From Labilithrix sp. (GTDB lineage Bacteria; Myxococcota_A; Polyangia; Polyangiales; Polyangiaceae), in the NCBI GenBank assembly GCA_026128965.1, contig JAHCIY010000002.1, forward strand, positions 1,448,108 through 1,512,107: 64,000 nucleotides of DNA, in the 5' to 3' direction. This document shows positions 1 through 10,260 of this stretch, piece by piece; the stretch's first letter is position 1, and the number at the start of each line of letters is the position of its first letter. The translations under genes were made by a program, and so were the position numbers. The notes beneath the pieces were generated by a model, which worked only from the letters and a program-made list of their open reading frames with translations, was not told where the DNA came from and made no database searches.

Positions 1-3000
1 CCGAGCTCTGGGCGGACAAGAAGCAGAAGAACGACCGCGCCGCGCGCGCCTACGAGAAGGCGCTCGAGCTCGATCCGCAGAACCTCCGCGCGGCGGAGGC
101 CCTCATCCCGATCTACTCGCAGGCCGGCAACAGCAAGGCGCTCGCGAACGCGATCGAGGTGAAGCTCGGTCACGAGGAGGACCCGTACTCGAAGCTCGCG
201 CTCCTGCGCGAGGTCGCCTCCCTCTACGAGGGCAAGGTCCGCGATCCGGGCAAGGCGTTCGCGCGCTACCTGTCCGCGTTCGTGCTCGCTCCGTCGGACG
301 AGCAGACGACGGTGGACGTCGAGCGCGCCGCGAAGGCGACCGGGCAGTGGGAGGAGGTCCAGCAGGCCTACCGCCAAGCGATCGACGACGCGATGAACGC
401 CGGCGACGCCCAGCTCGCGATCACGCTCCGCCTCAAGCTCGGTCGCGTCCTCGTCGAGGAGATGAACCAGGTCGACGAGGCGCTCGACGCGTTCCGCGCG
501 GTGTACGACGCCGACAGCGAGAACGCGGAGGCGCTCGCCGCGCTCGAGCGCCTCTACCGCACGACGTCGCGCTACGCCGACCTCCTCGGCATCTACGAGA
601 AGCGCCGCGACCTCTCGACCGAGCACGACGAGAAGAAGCAGATCAGCTACGAGATCGCGAAGCTGTACGAGACCGAGGTGAAGGACCTCGATCGCGCGAT
701 CGACACTTACAACGCCGTCCTCGAGGACGAGCCGACCGACGCGCACGCGCTCCGCGCGCTCGACATCCTCTACGGTCAGCTCGAGCGCTGGGACCCGTAC
801 GTCGACACGCTGCGCCGCCGCATCGAGCTCGACGTGAACGAAGGCGAGATGGTGGACCTCAAGTTCCGCCTCGGCCAGACGCTCGAGCGGTACACCGGCG
901 ACCCCGCCGGCGCGCTCGAGAACTACCGCGAGATCCTCTTCCTCGACTCGCAGCACCAGGGCGCGCGCGAGGCGCTCGAGGCGCTGCTGCAGAACGAGCA
1001 GCTCCGCGGCGAGGCGGCCGCGATCCTCGAGAACATCTACGAGGAGCGGAGCGACTGGCCGAAGCTCCTCGTCGCGCTCGAGATCCTCGCCCAGAGCGAG
1101 GGCGACTCCGACAAGCGCGTCCAGCTCCTGCGCAAGGTCGCGCGCGTCTCCTCCGAGATGCTGAACGACCACGCGCGCGCGTTCAACGCGCTCGCCGCCG
1201 CGCTCCGCGAGCAGCCGCACCACGGCGAGACGCGGGCGGAGATCCAGCACATCGCCGAGGTCTCGAACGCGTGGAAGGCGCTGACCGACCTCTACGAGTC
1301 GATCGCGGAGGGCCTCACCGACGCGCAGCTCGCGCGGAGCTACTGGATGCTCAGCGCGCGGATCGAGGACGAAGCCCTCGGCCTCGTCGACGACGCGGCG
1401 AAGGGCTACCTCCACGTGCTGTCGCTCGACCCCGCCGACGCGGAGGCGCTCGACGCGCTCGAGGCGCTCTTCACGCGCACCGAGCGGTGGACCGATCTCA
1501 TCAGCGTCACCGAGCGCCGCATCGAGCAGACCGCGGAGCCGGAGCTCCGCGAGCAGCTCTACGTCCGCATGGCGCGCATCTACGACGAGCAGCTCTCGCG
1601 TCCCGACGACGCGGTGTCCTGCTACAAGCGCGTCCTCGAGCTCGACCCTGCGTCGCAGACCGCGCTCGCCGCGCTCGACGCGCTCTTCACGCGCCAACAC
1701 ATGTGGAGCGACCTCGCCGAGAACCTCGAGGCGCAGCTCGCCCTCGCGGCCGACGAGGAGCAGCAGATCGCGCTCATGCTCCGCCTCGCGGCGCTGCGCG
1801 AGACGCAGATGGGCCAGATCGAGCAGGCGATCGACGGCTACCGCTCCGTCCTCGAGCGGGACATCCAGAACGCGGAGGCGCTCGGCGCGCTCGAGCGGCT
1901 AGGGCAGGATCCGGCCCACGAGCTCGTCATCGCCGACCTCCTCGAGCCGCTGTACCGCCAGATCGGCGACTACGCGAAGCTCATCGGCGCGCACGAGGTG
2001 CAGGTGCGGCGCTCGGACGATCCGAACCGCCGCGTCGAGCTCCTCCACCAGATCGCGCAGCTCTACGAAGACGCCGCCGCCGATCTGAACAACGCGTTCT
2101 CGACCCTCGCGCGCGCCCTGCGCGAGGACCCCGCGAACGAGCAGACCCAGACCGCGATCGACCGCGTCGCCCGCGCGACCGGCCGCTTCGAAGACCTCGC
2201 CTCGGTGTACCGCCAGCTCGGCGAGGAGGTCGTCGCGAACGATCCCGCGCTCGGCGCGGCGCTCACGATGATGAGCGCGCGCGTCTACGAGGCCGACATC
2301 GGCAACGTCGACACCGCGATCGCGCTCTACACCCGCGTCCTCGAGATCGACCCCGGCCACCTCGCGGCGGCGGAGTCGCTCGAGCGCCTCTACCGCGTGA
2401 CGGAGCGCTACGCGGAGCTGTCGCAGATCCTCCAGCGCAAGGCGCTCATCCTCGTCGAGCCGAACGACCAGAAGGACGCGCTCTTCCAGGCGGCGGCGAT
2501 CGAGGAGGACGTCCTCGAGAAGCCGGAGGACGCGATCGCGGTCTACCAGAAGGTCCTCGCGATCGACGAAGACGACGTCCGCGCGCTCGACGCGCTCATC
2601 AAGCGGTACCTCGGCCTCTCGCGCTGGCAGGACCTCCTCCAGGTCTACGAGCGGAAGGCGGACCTCGTCGGCGATCCCGACGAGAAGAAGCGCATCTACT
2701 ACCAGGTCGGCGCGGTCTACGAGCGCGAGCTCGGCTCCGTCGAGCAGGCGATCGAGACGTACACGAAGATCCTCGAGCTCGATCCCGACGACCTCCAGGC
2801 CCTCTCGCGCCTCGACGTCCTTTACGAGCAAGCGCAGAACTGGCAGGAGCTCCTCGGCATCCTGACGCGCGAGTCGGAGATGTGCGACGACCCGAGCGAG
2901 GCGATCAGCTTCCAGTACCGGATCGCCGAGCTCTACGAGAAGCGGCTCGAGGACGTGGTGCGCTCGGTGGAGCTCTACCGCGAGATCCTCCAGCGCCAGG

Positions 3001-6000
3001 TCGATCACGAGCCGACGCTCCAGGCGCTCGAGGGCCTCAAGGCCGGGACGCAAGATCCGCTCGGCGCGGCCGCCGTCCTCGAGCCGGTCTACGAGGCGTC
3101 GCAGGACTGGCCGAAGCTCATCTCCGTCCACGAGGTGCAGGTCGCGCACGCGGACGATCAGTTCCAGAAGGTGGACCTCCTCCACCGCATCGCGCGCCTC
3201 TACGAGGACGCGCTCGAGAACCACGGCCAGGCGTTCGACACGTACGCGCGCGCGCTCACGCTCGACAACGGCAACGAGGCGACGCTCCAGAACCTCGAGC
3301 GCCTCGCGATGGTGGTGAACCGCTGGCCGCAGGTCGCGCAGCTCTACGACGTCGAGCTCGACAAGCTCGCGGAGGAGCAGCCCGATCGCTTCGTCGAGCT
3401 GGGCCTTCGCTTGGCCCAGATCTACGAGGTGCAGCTCGAGGACGTCGACAACGCGATCGGCCGCTACCGCCGCGTCGTCGAGGTCGAGCCCGAGAACCAG
3501 AACGCGGTCCGCTCGCTCGATCGCCTCTACGTCTTCACCGAGCGCTGGGCCGACCTCGCGGCGATCCTCGAGCGCGAGGCCGAGATCGGGCAGACGCCCG
3601 ACGAGATCCTCGAGTTCAAGTTCCGCCTCGGCCAGGTCCAGCAGGCGAACCTCGGCAACGTCGACGCGGCGATCGCGGCCTACCGCGACGTCCTCTCCGC
3701 CGCGCCCGAGCACGAGAACGCCGCCGGCGCGCTCGAGGGCCTCTTCTCGAACGGCATCAAGCAGGTCGAGATCGCCGAGATCCTCGAGCCGCTCTACCGC
3801 GCCGCCGGGGAGTGGGAGAAGCTCGTCGCGGTTCACGAGGCGCAGCTCAACCACACGCCGCCGAACCCGGAGACGAACAACGAGGAGCGCCTCGCCGCGT
3901 ACTACCGCATCGCGGAGCTCCTCGAAGACAAGCTGATGGATCCGGTGCGCACGCTCGACGTGTACATCCGCGCGCTGAAGGAGTTCCCGCTCGACGAGAA
4001 GTCGAGCGAGGAGGCGCCGCGCCTCGCCGGGTCGATCGACAACGGCTGGGAGACGCTCGCGAACGCGTACGCCGACATCCTCGGCTTGCACAACGACAAG
4101 ACGGTGCAGTGCTCGATCGGCCGCCGCCTCGCGAAGACGTTCGAGGACGATCTCGGCGACGTCGAGAAGGCGGTCGAGACGTACCGCTACGTCCTCAGCG
4201 TCGAGGAGCTCGACCTCGAGGCGCTCGCCAACCTCGATCGCATCTACCTCTCGCTCGAGCAGTGGCCGGACCTCGCCGGCATCCTCGAGATGCGCGTCCG
4301 CGCGCCGGCCGACGAGCTGGACCTCACCGAGCTCTACGCCCGCCTCGGCGAGGTGTACGAGTCGCGGATCGGGGACATCCCGAACGCGACGCGCGCCTTC
4401 CGCCAGATCTTCGACGGCCTCGACAAGACGCACGACCCCGCCATCCAGGCGCTCGCGCGCATCTACGCGGGGCAGGAGAACTGGGTCGAGCTGAACGGCG
4501 TCTACGAGCGCGAGCTCGAGAACGCCTCCGGCGACGTGGCCGAGGCCGAGATCCGCGCGCGGCTCGCGCACCTCGCGTCGGACCGCCTCAACGATCCGCA
4601 CCGCGCGATCGACACGTGGAAGGTCGTCCTCGACCTCCGCGGCGAAGACCCCGAGGCCCTCACCGCGCTCTCGAACCTCTTCGAGGGCCAGCAGATGTGG
4701 CGCGAGCTCGTGGACATCCTCGAGCGCCAATACGACATCGCCGACAGCGACGATGACCGCGTGAACATCCTCACGCGGAAGGCGCGCACGTTCGAGGGCA
4801 AGCTCGAGCGCGACGACCTCGCGCTCGAGGACTGGAACCGCGTCCTCGACATCGACTACGCGAACCTCGCCGCGCTCCGCGCGATCGCCGCGATCCGGCG
4901 GCGCCAGGGCGACGCGCAGGAGCTCGTGACCGCGCTCCACCAGCAGGTGGACCGCGCGGCGCAGATGTTCGATCCCGAGGAGCTGAAGGAGATCTTCCGC
5001 GAGCTCGGGAAGGTCTACGGCGAGCAGCTCTCGCAGCCGTACGACGCGGCCGACGCGTGGCGGAAGCTCCTCGAGGTCGGCCCCGACTTCGAGGCGATGG
5101 ACGCGCTCGAGGCGATCTACCGCGGCCAGGAGCAGTGGCCGGACGTCATCGACGTCAAGATGCAGCGCGCGGCGGCGCTCGAAGACCCCGCGCAGAAGAT
5201 CGAGGAGTACCGTCAGGTCGCCGAGCTGTGGCGCGAGACGGTGGACGAGCCGGACAAGGCGACCACCGCCTGGCAGAAGATCCTCGAGATCGACAACACC
5301 CACGACGAGGCGTTCCTCCAGCTCGAGAAGTTGCACACCAACGCGTCGCGGTGGGAGCCGCTCATCGAGCTCTACCTCGGACGCCTCGACACACGCGCGG
5401 AGGTCGCCGACCAGACCGACCTCCTCCGCCGCATCGCGAAGGTCTTCGAGGAGAAGCTCGACGACAAGAACCAAGCCCTCGACGCGCTCATCAACGCGCT
5501 CGGCCTCGACTTCCACGATCGTGAGACGTCGAAGTACCTCGAGCGCATGGCGCAGGCGACCGGGCGCTGGGGCGAGGTGATCCAGACCGCGAACAACTGG
5601 CTCCAGGCGCAGACGGAGCCGACGCAGAAGATCCGCCTCTGCCTCCACCTCGCGAAGTGGTACGGCGACGACCTCGGCCACCCCGAGTACGCGCAGCCCT
5701 ACTACGCGCAGATCGTCGCGCTCGACCCGAACAACGTCGGCGCGCTGCGCCAGATGGGCCAGCTCTATCGCAAGAACGGCAACTGGCAGCAGCTCGGCGC
5801 GACGCTCACGCGCGCGCTCGACGTCGCGGTCAGCGACGTGGACCGGAAGGAGATCCTCACCGAGCTCGGTGAGCTCCTCGACTCGCAGATGGGCCAGACC
5901 GATCAGGCGGTCACCCACTTCAACCGCGCGCTCGAGGTCGACGGGCTCTTCATCCCGGCGATCGAGAACCTGGAGCGCATCTACGCGTCACGCGGCGAGA

Positions 6001-9000
6001 AGAAGCAGCTCGTCGACATCCTGACGCGCAAGGTCCGCGCGCTCGAAGACGCGGCGGAGATCGCGGCGACGAAGCTGCGGATCGGCGGCCTCAACGAGGA
6101 GATGAACGATCCGCAGAAGGCGGCGCAGACCTTCCGCGAGGTCATCGAGATCGAGCCGCAGAACCTGCAGGGCCTCCGCGGCCTCGCCCGCGTCTACGAG
6201 ATCCTGAACCAGTGGCCCGAGCTCGTGCGCGTGCTCGAGTCGCAGCTCGACGTCGTCACGACCGAGCGTGAGCGCATCGACATCCTGATGCAGCTCGCCA
6301 ACATCCACGAGGAGCACTTCCTCAAGGCCGACATCGCGGCGCAGCGGCTCGAGCAGGTCCTCGAGATCGACCCGAACCACGAGGAGGCCTACTTCGCGCT
6401 CGAGCGCTGCTACCGGAAGCTCCGGCAGTGGGTGGAGCTCATCAACGTCTACGAGCGCCACATCTCGGCGACGCTCGACCGCAAGACGAAGATCGACCTC
6501 TACGCCTCGATCGCGCAGGTCTACGCCGACGAGATCGAGGACACCGAGCGCGCGATCGACGCGTACCGGAACATCGTCGACCTCGACGACGTGAACCTCC
6601 CCGCGCTCGAGGCCCTCTCGAAGCTCTACGACAAGCAGGGCGACGCCTCGCAGGCGATCGACTACATGACGCGCGTCGCCGAGCTGACGCAGGACACGAA
6701 GCAGCGCGTCGAGAGCTACTACAAGATCGGCAAGGCCCTCGACGAGAAGCTCGGAGACCGCGTCTCCGCGCAGGACCGCTTCGAGATGGCGCTCGATCTC
6801 GATCCCTCGCACATCGCGACCCTCGGCGCGCTGCGCCAGATCGCGATGGACAACGCGGACTACGACAAGGCCGCGCGCTACATCGATCAGGAGCAGAGCT
6901 ACACGCCGGCCCCGCGCCAGCGTGCGCGCCTGCTCTGCGAGCTCGGTCGTCTCCGCGAGGAGATGCTCGGCGATCACGACAGCGCCGTCCTCGCCTGGGA
7001 GGCCGCCTTCGAGGCGGACCCCGAGAACGAGGAGGCGGCGATGCCTCTCGTCGACGAGTACATCGTCAAGGAGGAGTGGGAGAAGGCGGAGCCGCTCCTC
7101 GACATGCTGACCCGCAAGGCGGGCAAGCGTGACCGCGGCGAGCAGCACTCGCTCTACAACAAGCTCGGTCAGGTCACCGCCGCGCTCGGTCGCGACGAGA
7201 AGGCGCACAAGGCCTACCAGGCCGCGCACCAGCTCGATCTGACCGATCAGGTCACGATCCGCGGGCTCGCGGAGGTCGCGTTCCGGCTCAAGGACTGGGG
7301 CGCGTCGCTCACGAACTTCCAGAAGGTGCTGACCGCGCTCTCGGAGGACCAGACCGAGGAGCGGGCGGACGTCTACTCGAAGCTCGGCGCGATCAAGCGT
7401 GAGCAGGGGCAGGCGAAGCAGGCGATCAACAACTTCGAGAAGGCGCTCGGCGTCGACGCGTCGCACCGCCCCACCCTCGAGGCGATGGTCGGCATCTACA
7501 CCGACCTGAAGGACTGGAAGCAGGTCGTCCACTACAAGCGCCAGATCCTCGACTCGATCGTCGACGGCGACGAGCGCTTCAAGGTCCTCCAGGACATCGC
7601 CGACATCTGGCAGGACAACGACAAGAACCCGGCGAAGGCGATCGAGGCCCTCGAGGACGCGAAGGATCTCCAGCCGGACAACCGGCCGCTCCTCAACAAG
7701 ATGCTGCCGCTCTACGAGGCGACGCAGAACTGGGCCAAGATGATCGACACGATCCAGGCCATCGCCGACATGGAGAAGGACAACGCCCGCAAGGCGAAGT
7801 TCATCTTCACGATCGCGCAGCTCTACCGCGACAAGATGCAGGACCAGGATCGCGCGGTCGAGCAGTTCAACGAGGCGCTCGATCTGAACCCGAGCTACCT
7901 CGAGGCCTTCGAGCGCATCAACAAGATCCTGACCGCGCAGAAGGACTGGAAGCAGCTCGAGCGGGCGTTCCGCAAGATGCTGCGCCGCCTCTCGACCTCG
8001 AACGCCGGCAACCCCGACCTCGAGTTCAACCTCTGGCACAACCTCGGCCTCATCTACCGAGACCGCCTCTCCGACATCAACAGCGCCATCGAGGCGTTCA
8101 AGATGGCGACGCGGTTCAAGGACGAGCCGGTCGAGCGCCAGATCCTCGCCGAGCTCTACGAGTCGACCGACCAGCTCGAAGCGGCCGTCGGCGAGCACTC
8201 GCAGGTCCTCCAGAAGGACCCGCTCCGCGTCGACCCGTACCGCGCGCTCTACAAGCTCGCCTTGAAGATGCACGACTACGATCGCGCGTGGTGCATGTGC
8301 TCCGCGCTCGCGTTCCTCCACAAGGCGGACGAGGAGGAGCAGCGCTTCTTCGAGGACTATCGCCCGCGCGCGATGATCCAGGTGAAGAGCCGGCTCGACA
8401 ACGAGCAGTGGGTGAAGAACCTCTTCCACAAGGACGAGAACATCTTCATCGGCAAGATCTTCGAGATGGTCACGCCCGCGGCGATCGTCGCGAAGACGCA
8501 GGCCCTCGCGAAGGCGAAGCAGCTGCCGGTGCTCGATCGCCGCTTCAAGCAGGACCCTGCCACGAGCACGGTCACGTTCGCGAAGACGTTCGGCTGGGCG
8601 GCGCAGGTCCTCGGCATCCAGCTCCCGGACCTCTACGTCCGCAACGACGTGGCGGGCGCGCTCCTGGCCGTTCCGTCGCGCCCCCCGGCGTCGGTCGCGG
8701 GTCAGAACGTGCTGACGGGGTACACGCCGCAGGAGCTGACGTTCATCGTCGGCAAGCACCTCAGCTACTACCGCGGCGAGCACTACATCAAGAACCTGTT
8801 CCCCACGCTCGGTGAGCTCAAGGTCGTCTTCTTCTCGGCGATCAAGATCATCCAGCCGGAGTTCAACGTCCCCGCCGAGATGGCGCAGGCGGTGAACATG
8901 ACGGCGGCCGAGTTCGTGAAGTACATGCAGCCGGTCGAGCGCGACTCGCTCCGCCTCGTCGTCCACAAGTTCATCGAGGACGGCGCGAAGGCGGACCTGA

Positions 9001-9209
9001 AGCGCTGGATGCAAGCGGTCGACGTCACGGGCGCGCGGGCGGGCCTCCTGCTCTGCGCGGACCTCGAGATCGCGAAGAAGATCATCGCCGCGGAGCCCCA
9101 ACTCCCCGGCGACCTCCCGCCGCCGGACAAGCTGAAGGAGCTCATCATGTTCTCGGTGAGCGAGCAGTACCTGGCGCTGCGGAAGGCGCTGGGCATCGCG
9201 GTGGGCTGA
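1..9209 (+). CDS. Giant tetratricopeptide-repeat (TPR) protein; 5' end lies outside the window (>3,060 aa); the last ~430 aa form a non-TPR domain
   Basis: Reading frame open from nt 3 to the stop at 9209 (track ORF 159..9209 is only the first in-frame GTG). Hundreds of 34-aa TPR-like units with recurring W..A...Y.K.L..DP.N..AL..L / G.FE.L signatures. Periodicity is lost after ~nt 7900, where the C-terminal domain contains WCMCSALAFLH...YRGEHYIKNLFP. Confidence 0.85.
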   Translation, partial: ELWADKKQKNDRAARAYEKALELDPQNLRAAEALIPIYSQAGNSKALANAIEVKLGHEEDPYSKLALLREVASLYEGKVRDPGKAFARYLSAFVLAPSDEQTTVDVERAAKATGQWEEVQQAYRQAIDDAMNAGDAQLAITLRLKLGRVLVEEMNQVDEALDAFRAVYDADSENAEALAALERLYRTTSRYADLLGIYEKRRDLSTEHDEKKQISYEIAKLYETEVKDLDRAIDTYNAVLEDEPTDAHALRALDILYGQLERWDPYVDTLRRRIELDVNEGEMVDLKFRLGQTLERYTGDPAGALENYREILFLDSQHQGAREALEALLQNEQLRGEAAAILENIYEERSDWPKLLVALEILAQSEGDSDKRVQLLRKVARVSSEMLNDHARAFNALAAALREQPHHGETRAEIQHIAEVSNAWKALTDLYESIAEGLTDAQLARSYWMLSARIEDEALGLVDDAAKGYLHVLSLDPADAEALDALEALFTRTERWTDLISVTERRIEQTAEPELREQLYVRMARIYDEQLSRPDDAVSCYKRVLELDPASQTALAALDALFTRQHMWSDLAENLEAQLALAADEEQQIALMLRLAALRETQMGQIEQAIDGYRSVLERDIQNAEALGALERLGQDPAHELVIADLLEPLYRQIGDYAKLIGAHEVQVRRSDDPNRRVELLHQIAQLYEDAAADLNNAFSTLARALREDPANEQTQTAIDRVARATGRFEDLASVYRQLGEEVVANDPALGAALTMMSARVYEADIGNVDTAIALYTRVLEIDPGHLAAAESLERLYRVTERYAELSQILQRKALILVEPNDQKDALFQAAAIEEDVLEKPEDAIAVYQKVLAIDEDDVRALDALIKRYLGLSRWQDLLQVYERKADLVGDPDEKKRIYYQVGAVYERELGSVEQAIETYTKILELDPDDLQALSRLDVLYEQAQNWQELLGILTRESEMCDDPSEAISFQYRIAELYEKRLEDVVRSVELYREILQRQVDHEPTLQALEGLKAGTQDPLGAAAVLEPVYEASQDWPKLISVHEVQVAHADDQFQKVDLLHRIARLYEDALENHGQAFDTYARALTLDNGNEATLQNLERLAMVVNRWPQVAQLYDVELDKLAEEQPDRFVELGLRLAQIYEVQLEDVDNAIGRYRRVVEVEPENQNAVRSLDRLYVFTERWADLAAILEREAEIGQTPDEILEFKFRLGQVQQANLGNVDAAIAAYRDVLSAAPEHENAAGALEGLFSNGIKQVEIAEILEPLYRAAGEWEKLVAVHEAQLNHTPPNPETNNEERLAAYYRIAELLEDKLMDPVRTLDVYIRALKEFPLDEKSSEEAPRLAGSIDNGWETLANAYADILGLHNDKTVQCSIGRRLAKTFEDDLGDVEKAVETYRYVLSVEELDLEALANLDRIYLSLEQWPDLAGILEMRVRAPADELDLTELYARLGEVYESRIGDIPNATRAFRQIFDGLDKTHDPAIQALARIYAGQENWVELNGVYERELENASGDVAEAEIRARLAHLASDRLNDPHRAIDTWKVVLDLRGEDPEALTALSNLFEGQQMWRELVDILERQYDIADSDDDRVNILTRKARTFEGKLERDDLALEDWNRVLDIDYANLAALRAIAAIRRRQGDAQELVTALHQQVDRAAQMFDPEELKEIFRELGKVYGEQLSQPYDAADAWRKLLEVGPDFEAMDALEAIYRGQEQWPDVIDVKMQRAAALEDPAQKIEEYRQVAELWRETVDEPDKATTAWQKILEIDNTHDEAFLQLEKLHTNASRWEPLIELYLGRLDTRAEVADQTDLLRRIAKVFEEKLDDKNQALDALINALGLDFHDRETSKYLERMAQATGRWGEVIQTANNWLQAQTEPTQKIRLCLHLAKWYGDDLGHPEYAQPYYAQIVALDPNNVGALRQMGQLYRKNGNWQQLGATLTRALDVAVSDVDRKEILTELGELLDSQMGQTDQAVTHFNRALEVDGLFIPAIENLERIYASRGEKKQLVDILTRKVRALEDAAEIAATKLRIGGLNEEMNDPQKAAQTFREVIEIEPQNLQGLRGLARVYEILNQWPELVRVLESQLDVVTTERERIDILMQLANIHEEHFLKADIAAQRLEQVLEIDPNHEEAYFALERCYRKLRQWVELINVYERHISATLDRKTKIDLYASIAQVYADEIEDTERAIDAYRNIVDLDDVNLPALEALSKLYDKQGDASQAIDYMTRVAELTQDTKQRVESYYKIGKALDEKLGDRVSAQDRFEMALDLDPSHIATLGALRQIAMDNADYDKAARYIDQEQSYTPAPRQRARLLCELGRLREEMLGDHDSAVLAWEAAFEADPENEEAAMPLVDEYIVKEEWEKAEPLLDMLTRKAGKRDRGEQHSLYNKLGQVTAALGRDEKAHKAYQAAHQLDLTDQVTIRGLAEVAFRLKDWGASLTNFQKVLTALSEDQTEERADVYSKLGAIKREQGQAKQAINNFEKALGVDASHRPTLEAMVGIYTDLKDWKQVVHYKRQILDSIVDGDERFKVLQDIADIWQDNDKNPAKAIEALEDAKDLQPDNRPLLNKMLPLYEATQNWAKMIDTIQAIADMEKDNARKAKFIFTIAQLYRDKMQDQDRAVEQFNEALDLNPSYLEAFERINKILTAQKDWKQLERAFRKMLRRLSTSNAGNPDLEFNLWHNLGLIYRDRLSDINSAIEAFKMATRFKDEPVERQILAELYESTDQLEAAVGEHSQVLQKDPLRVDPYRALYKLALKMHDYDRAWCMCSALAFLHKADEEEQRFFEDYRPRAMIQVKSRLDNEQWVKNLFHKDENIFIGKIFEMVTPAAIVAKTQALAKAKQLPVLDRRFKQDPATSTVTFAKTFGWAAQVLGIQLPDLYVRNDVAGALLAVPSRPPASVAGQNVLTGYTPQELTFIVGKHLSYYRGEHYIKNLFPTLGELKVVFFSAIKIIQPEFNVPAEMAQAVNMTAAEFVKYMQPVERDSLRLVVHKFIEDGAKADLKRWMQAVDVTGARAGLLLCADLEIAKKIIAAEPQLPGDLPPPDKLKELIMFSVSEQYLALRKALGIAVG

Positions 9210-9383
9210 GGGGCTCGCTCGGCCTCCGTCGCTCTCTTCCATGTGAGCCGCGGGGGCGCGGGCGGCGGGGGCGGCGCCCTCTCGCCCGAGAGTCGCTGTC
9301 CTCTTGACTGGTGGGTTTCGCTTCGGGCTCGCGTTGTCGCTCGCTTCGACGGTGGTCGTGCGGCGCCGACGAGCTGCGCGCGC

Positions 9384-10190
9384 TCAGGAGGCCGTGAAGA
9401 TGTCGTCGATGCTCGTCGCGGTGATGACGCGATCGGTCCAGCGCGTCAGGTCGTCGACCGTGCCGTCGCGGAGTCGTTGGGCGACGGTGGGCGGGAGGTC
9501 GCCGAAGCGGAGGTGCATCTGTCGTAGGAGCACCTCGCGCATGGCCTCCTCGCGCCCCTCTTCGCGCCCCTCCTCTCGACCGTCCTCGCGGCTCTCTTCG
9601 CGAAGAGAGTCCAGGAACGGATGGCCTTTGGCCGCGAGGGCGCGGAGGACGGCTTCGTCGGCGTCGATCGCGCTGAACACCGCGCGGGCGTCGAGGGGGC
9701 GGACGAAACATGGGTCGTCGATGGACTCGAGCGGCGTCGCGGCCCAGGCGTTGGTGCTGGGCGCCCACTCGAGGATCTTTCGCTTCTTCACGATGAGCAC
9801 GAAGATGCGTCGCACGCCGCGGGTGGAGAGCTGGCGCGCCTTCGTCGTCTGCGTGGCCAGCGACTGCTCGTTCACGACCTCGAAGGCGAGCTGTTCGAGG
9901 CGGCGGCCGCCCGTCACCTCGTCGCGCTCGCTCTCGAAGACGCTCGCGTCGGGCGCGAAGTCGTTCGGCACGCTCGTCCGCGTGAGCATGTCGACGGCGA
10001 CGCTGAACCCAGGCTTCACGTGCGCACGCAGCAGGTAGGCGAGGTCGGCGTGAGGAACGGCATGGTTCTCGTCCGACGGCGGCGCGAACACGAGCTGCCC
10101 CTCGAGGATCTCGGCACGCGAGCCCGGCGCGACGATCCGTTCATCGACGGGAGGCGCTCCACGACCGGGGAACCGCTGCATGACGATCAT
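9384..10190 (-). CDS. PD-(D/E)XK-type nuclease-like protein (Uma2-family-like) with a DUF4351-like C-terminal tail
   Basis: ATG at 10190 (atgatcgtcatgcag on minus). Core PDASVFESERDE...GVRRIFVLIVKKRKILEW resembles the Uma2/putative restriction endonuclease signature. An acidic Glu/Gly/Arg low-complexity linker (EESREDGREEGREEGREE) precedes a C-terminal LLRQ..RFGDLP...L motif typical of DUF4351 tails. Family assignment is from memory. Confidence 0.45.
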   Translation of the reverse strand: MIVMQRFPGRGAPPVDERIVAPGSRAEILEGQLVFAPPSDENHAVPHADLAYLLRAHVKPGFSVAVDMLTRTSVPNDFAPDASVFESERDEVTGGRRLEQLAFEVVNEQSLATQTTKARQLSTRGVRRIFVLIVKKRKILEWAPSTNAWAATPLESIDDPCFVRPLDARAVFSAIDADEAVLRALAAKGHPFLDSLREESREDGREEGREEGREEAMREVLLRQMHLRFGDLPPTVAQRLRDGTVDDLTRWTDRVITATSIDDIFTAS

Positions 10191-10260
10191 CGTAGCACTC
10201 GTCGCTCGTCCGCCGTCGTTTCGGGCTCCGCCCGAGCCCTGAAAGGGGTATCACTCGCCC

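Noticed and set aside
347-9242. Very long ORFs overlapping the TPR gene in other frames and strands (347..4756 +, 1899..5918 -, 5988..9242 -)
   Set aside because: Their Arg/Ala/Gly-dominated, low-complexity translations are the usual shadow ORFs of a 70% GC coding region. The TPR frame alone has protein-like composition and periodic motifs
9210-9383. Possible terminator hairpin ctctcgcccgagag after the TPR gene
   Set aside because: The stem is only 5-6 bp with a 2-4 nt loop and no U-tract, which is not convincing
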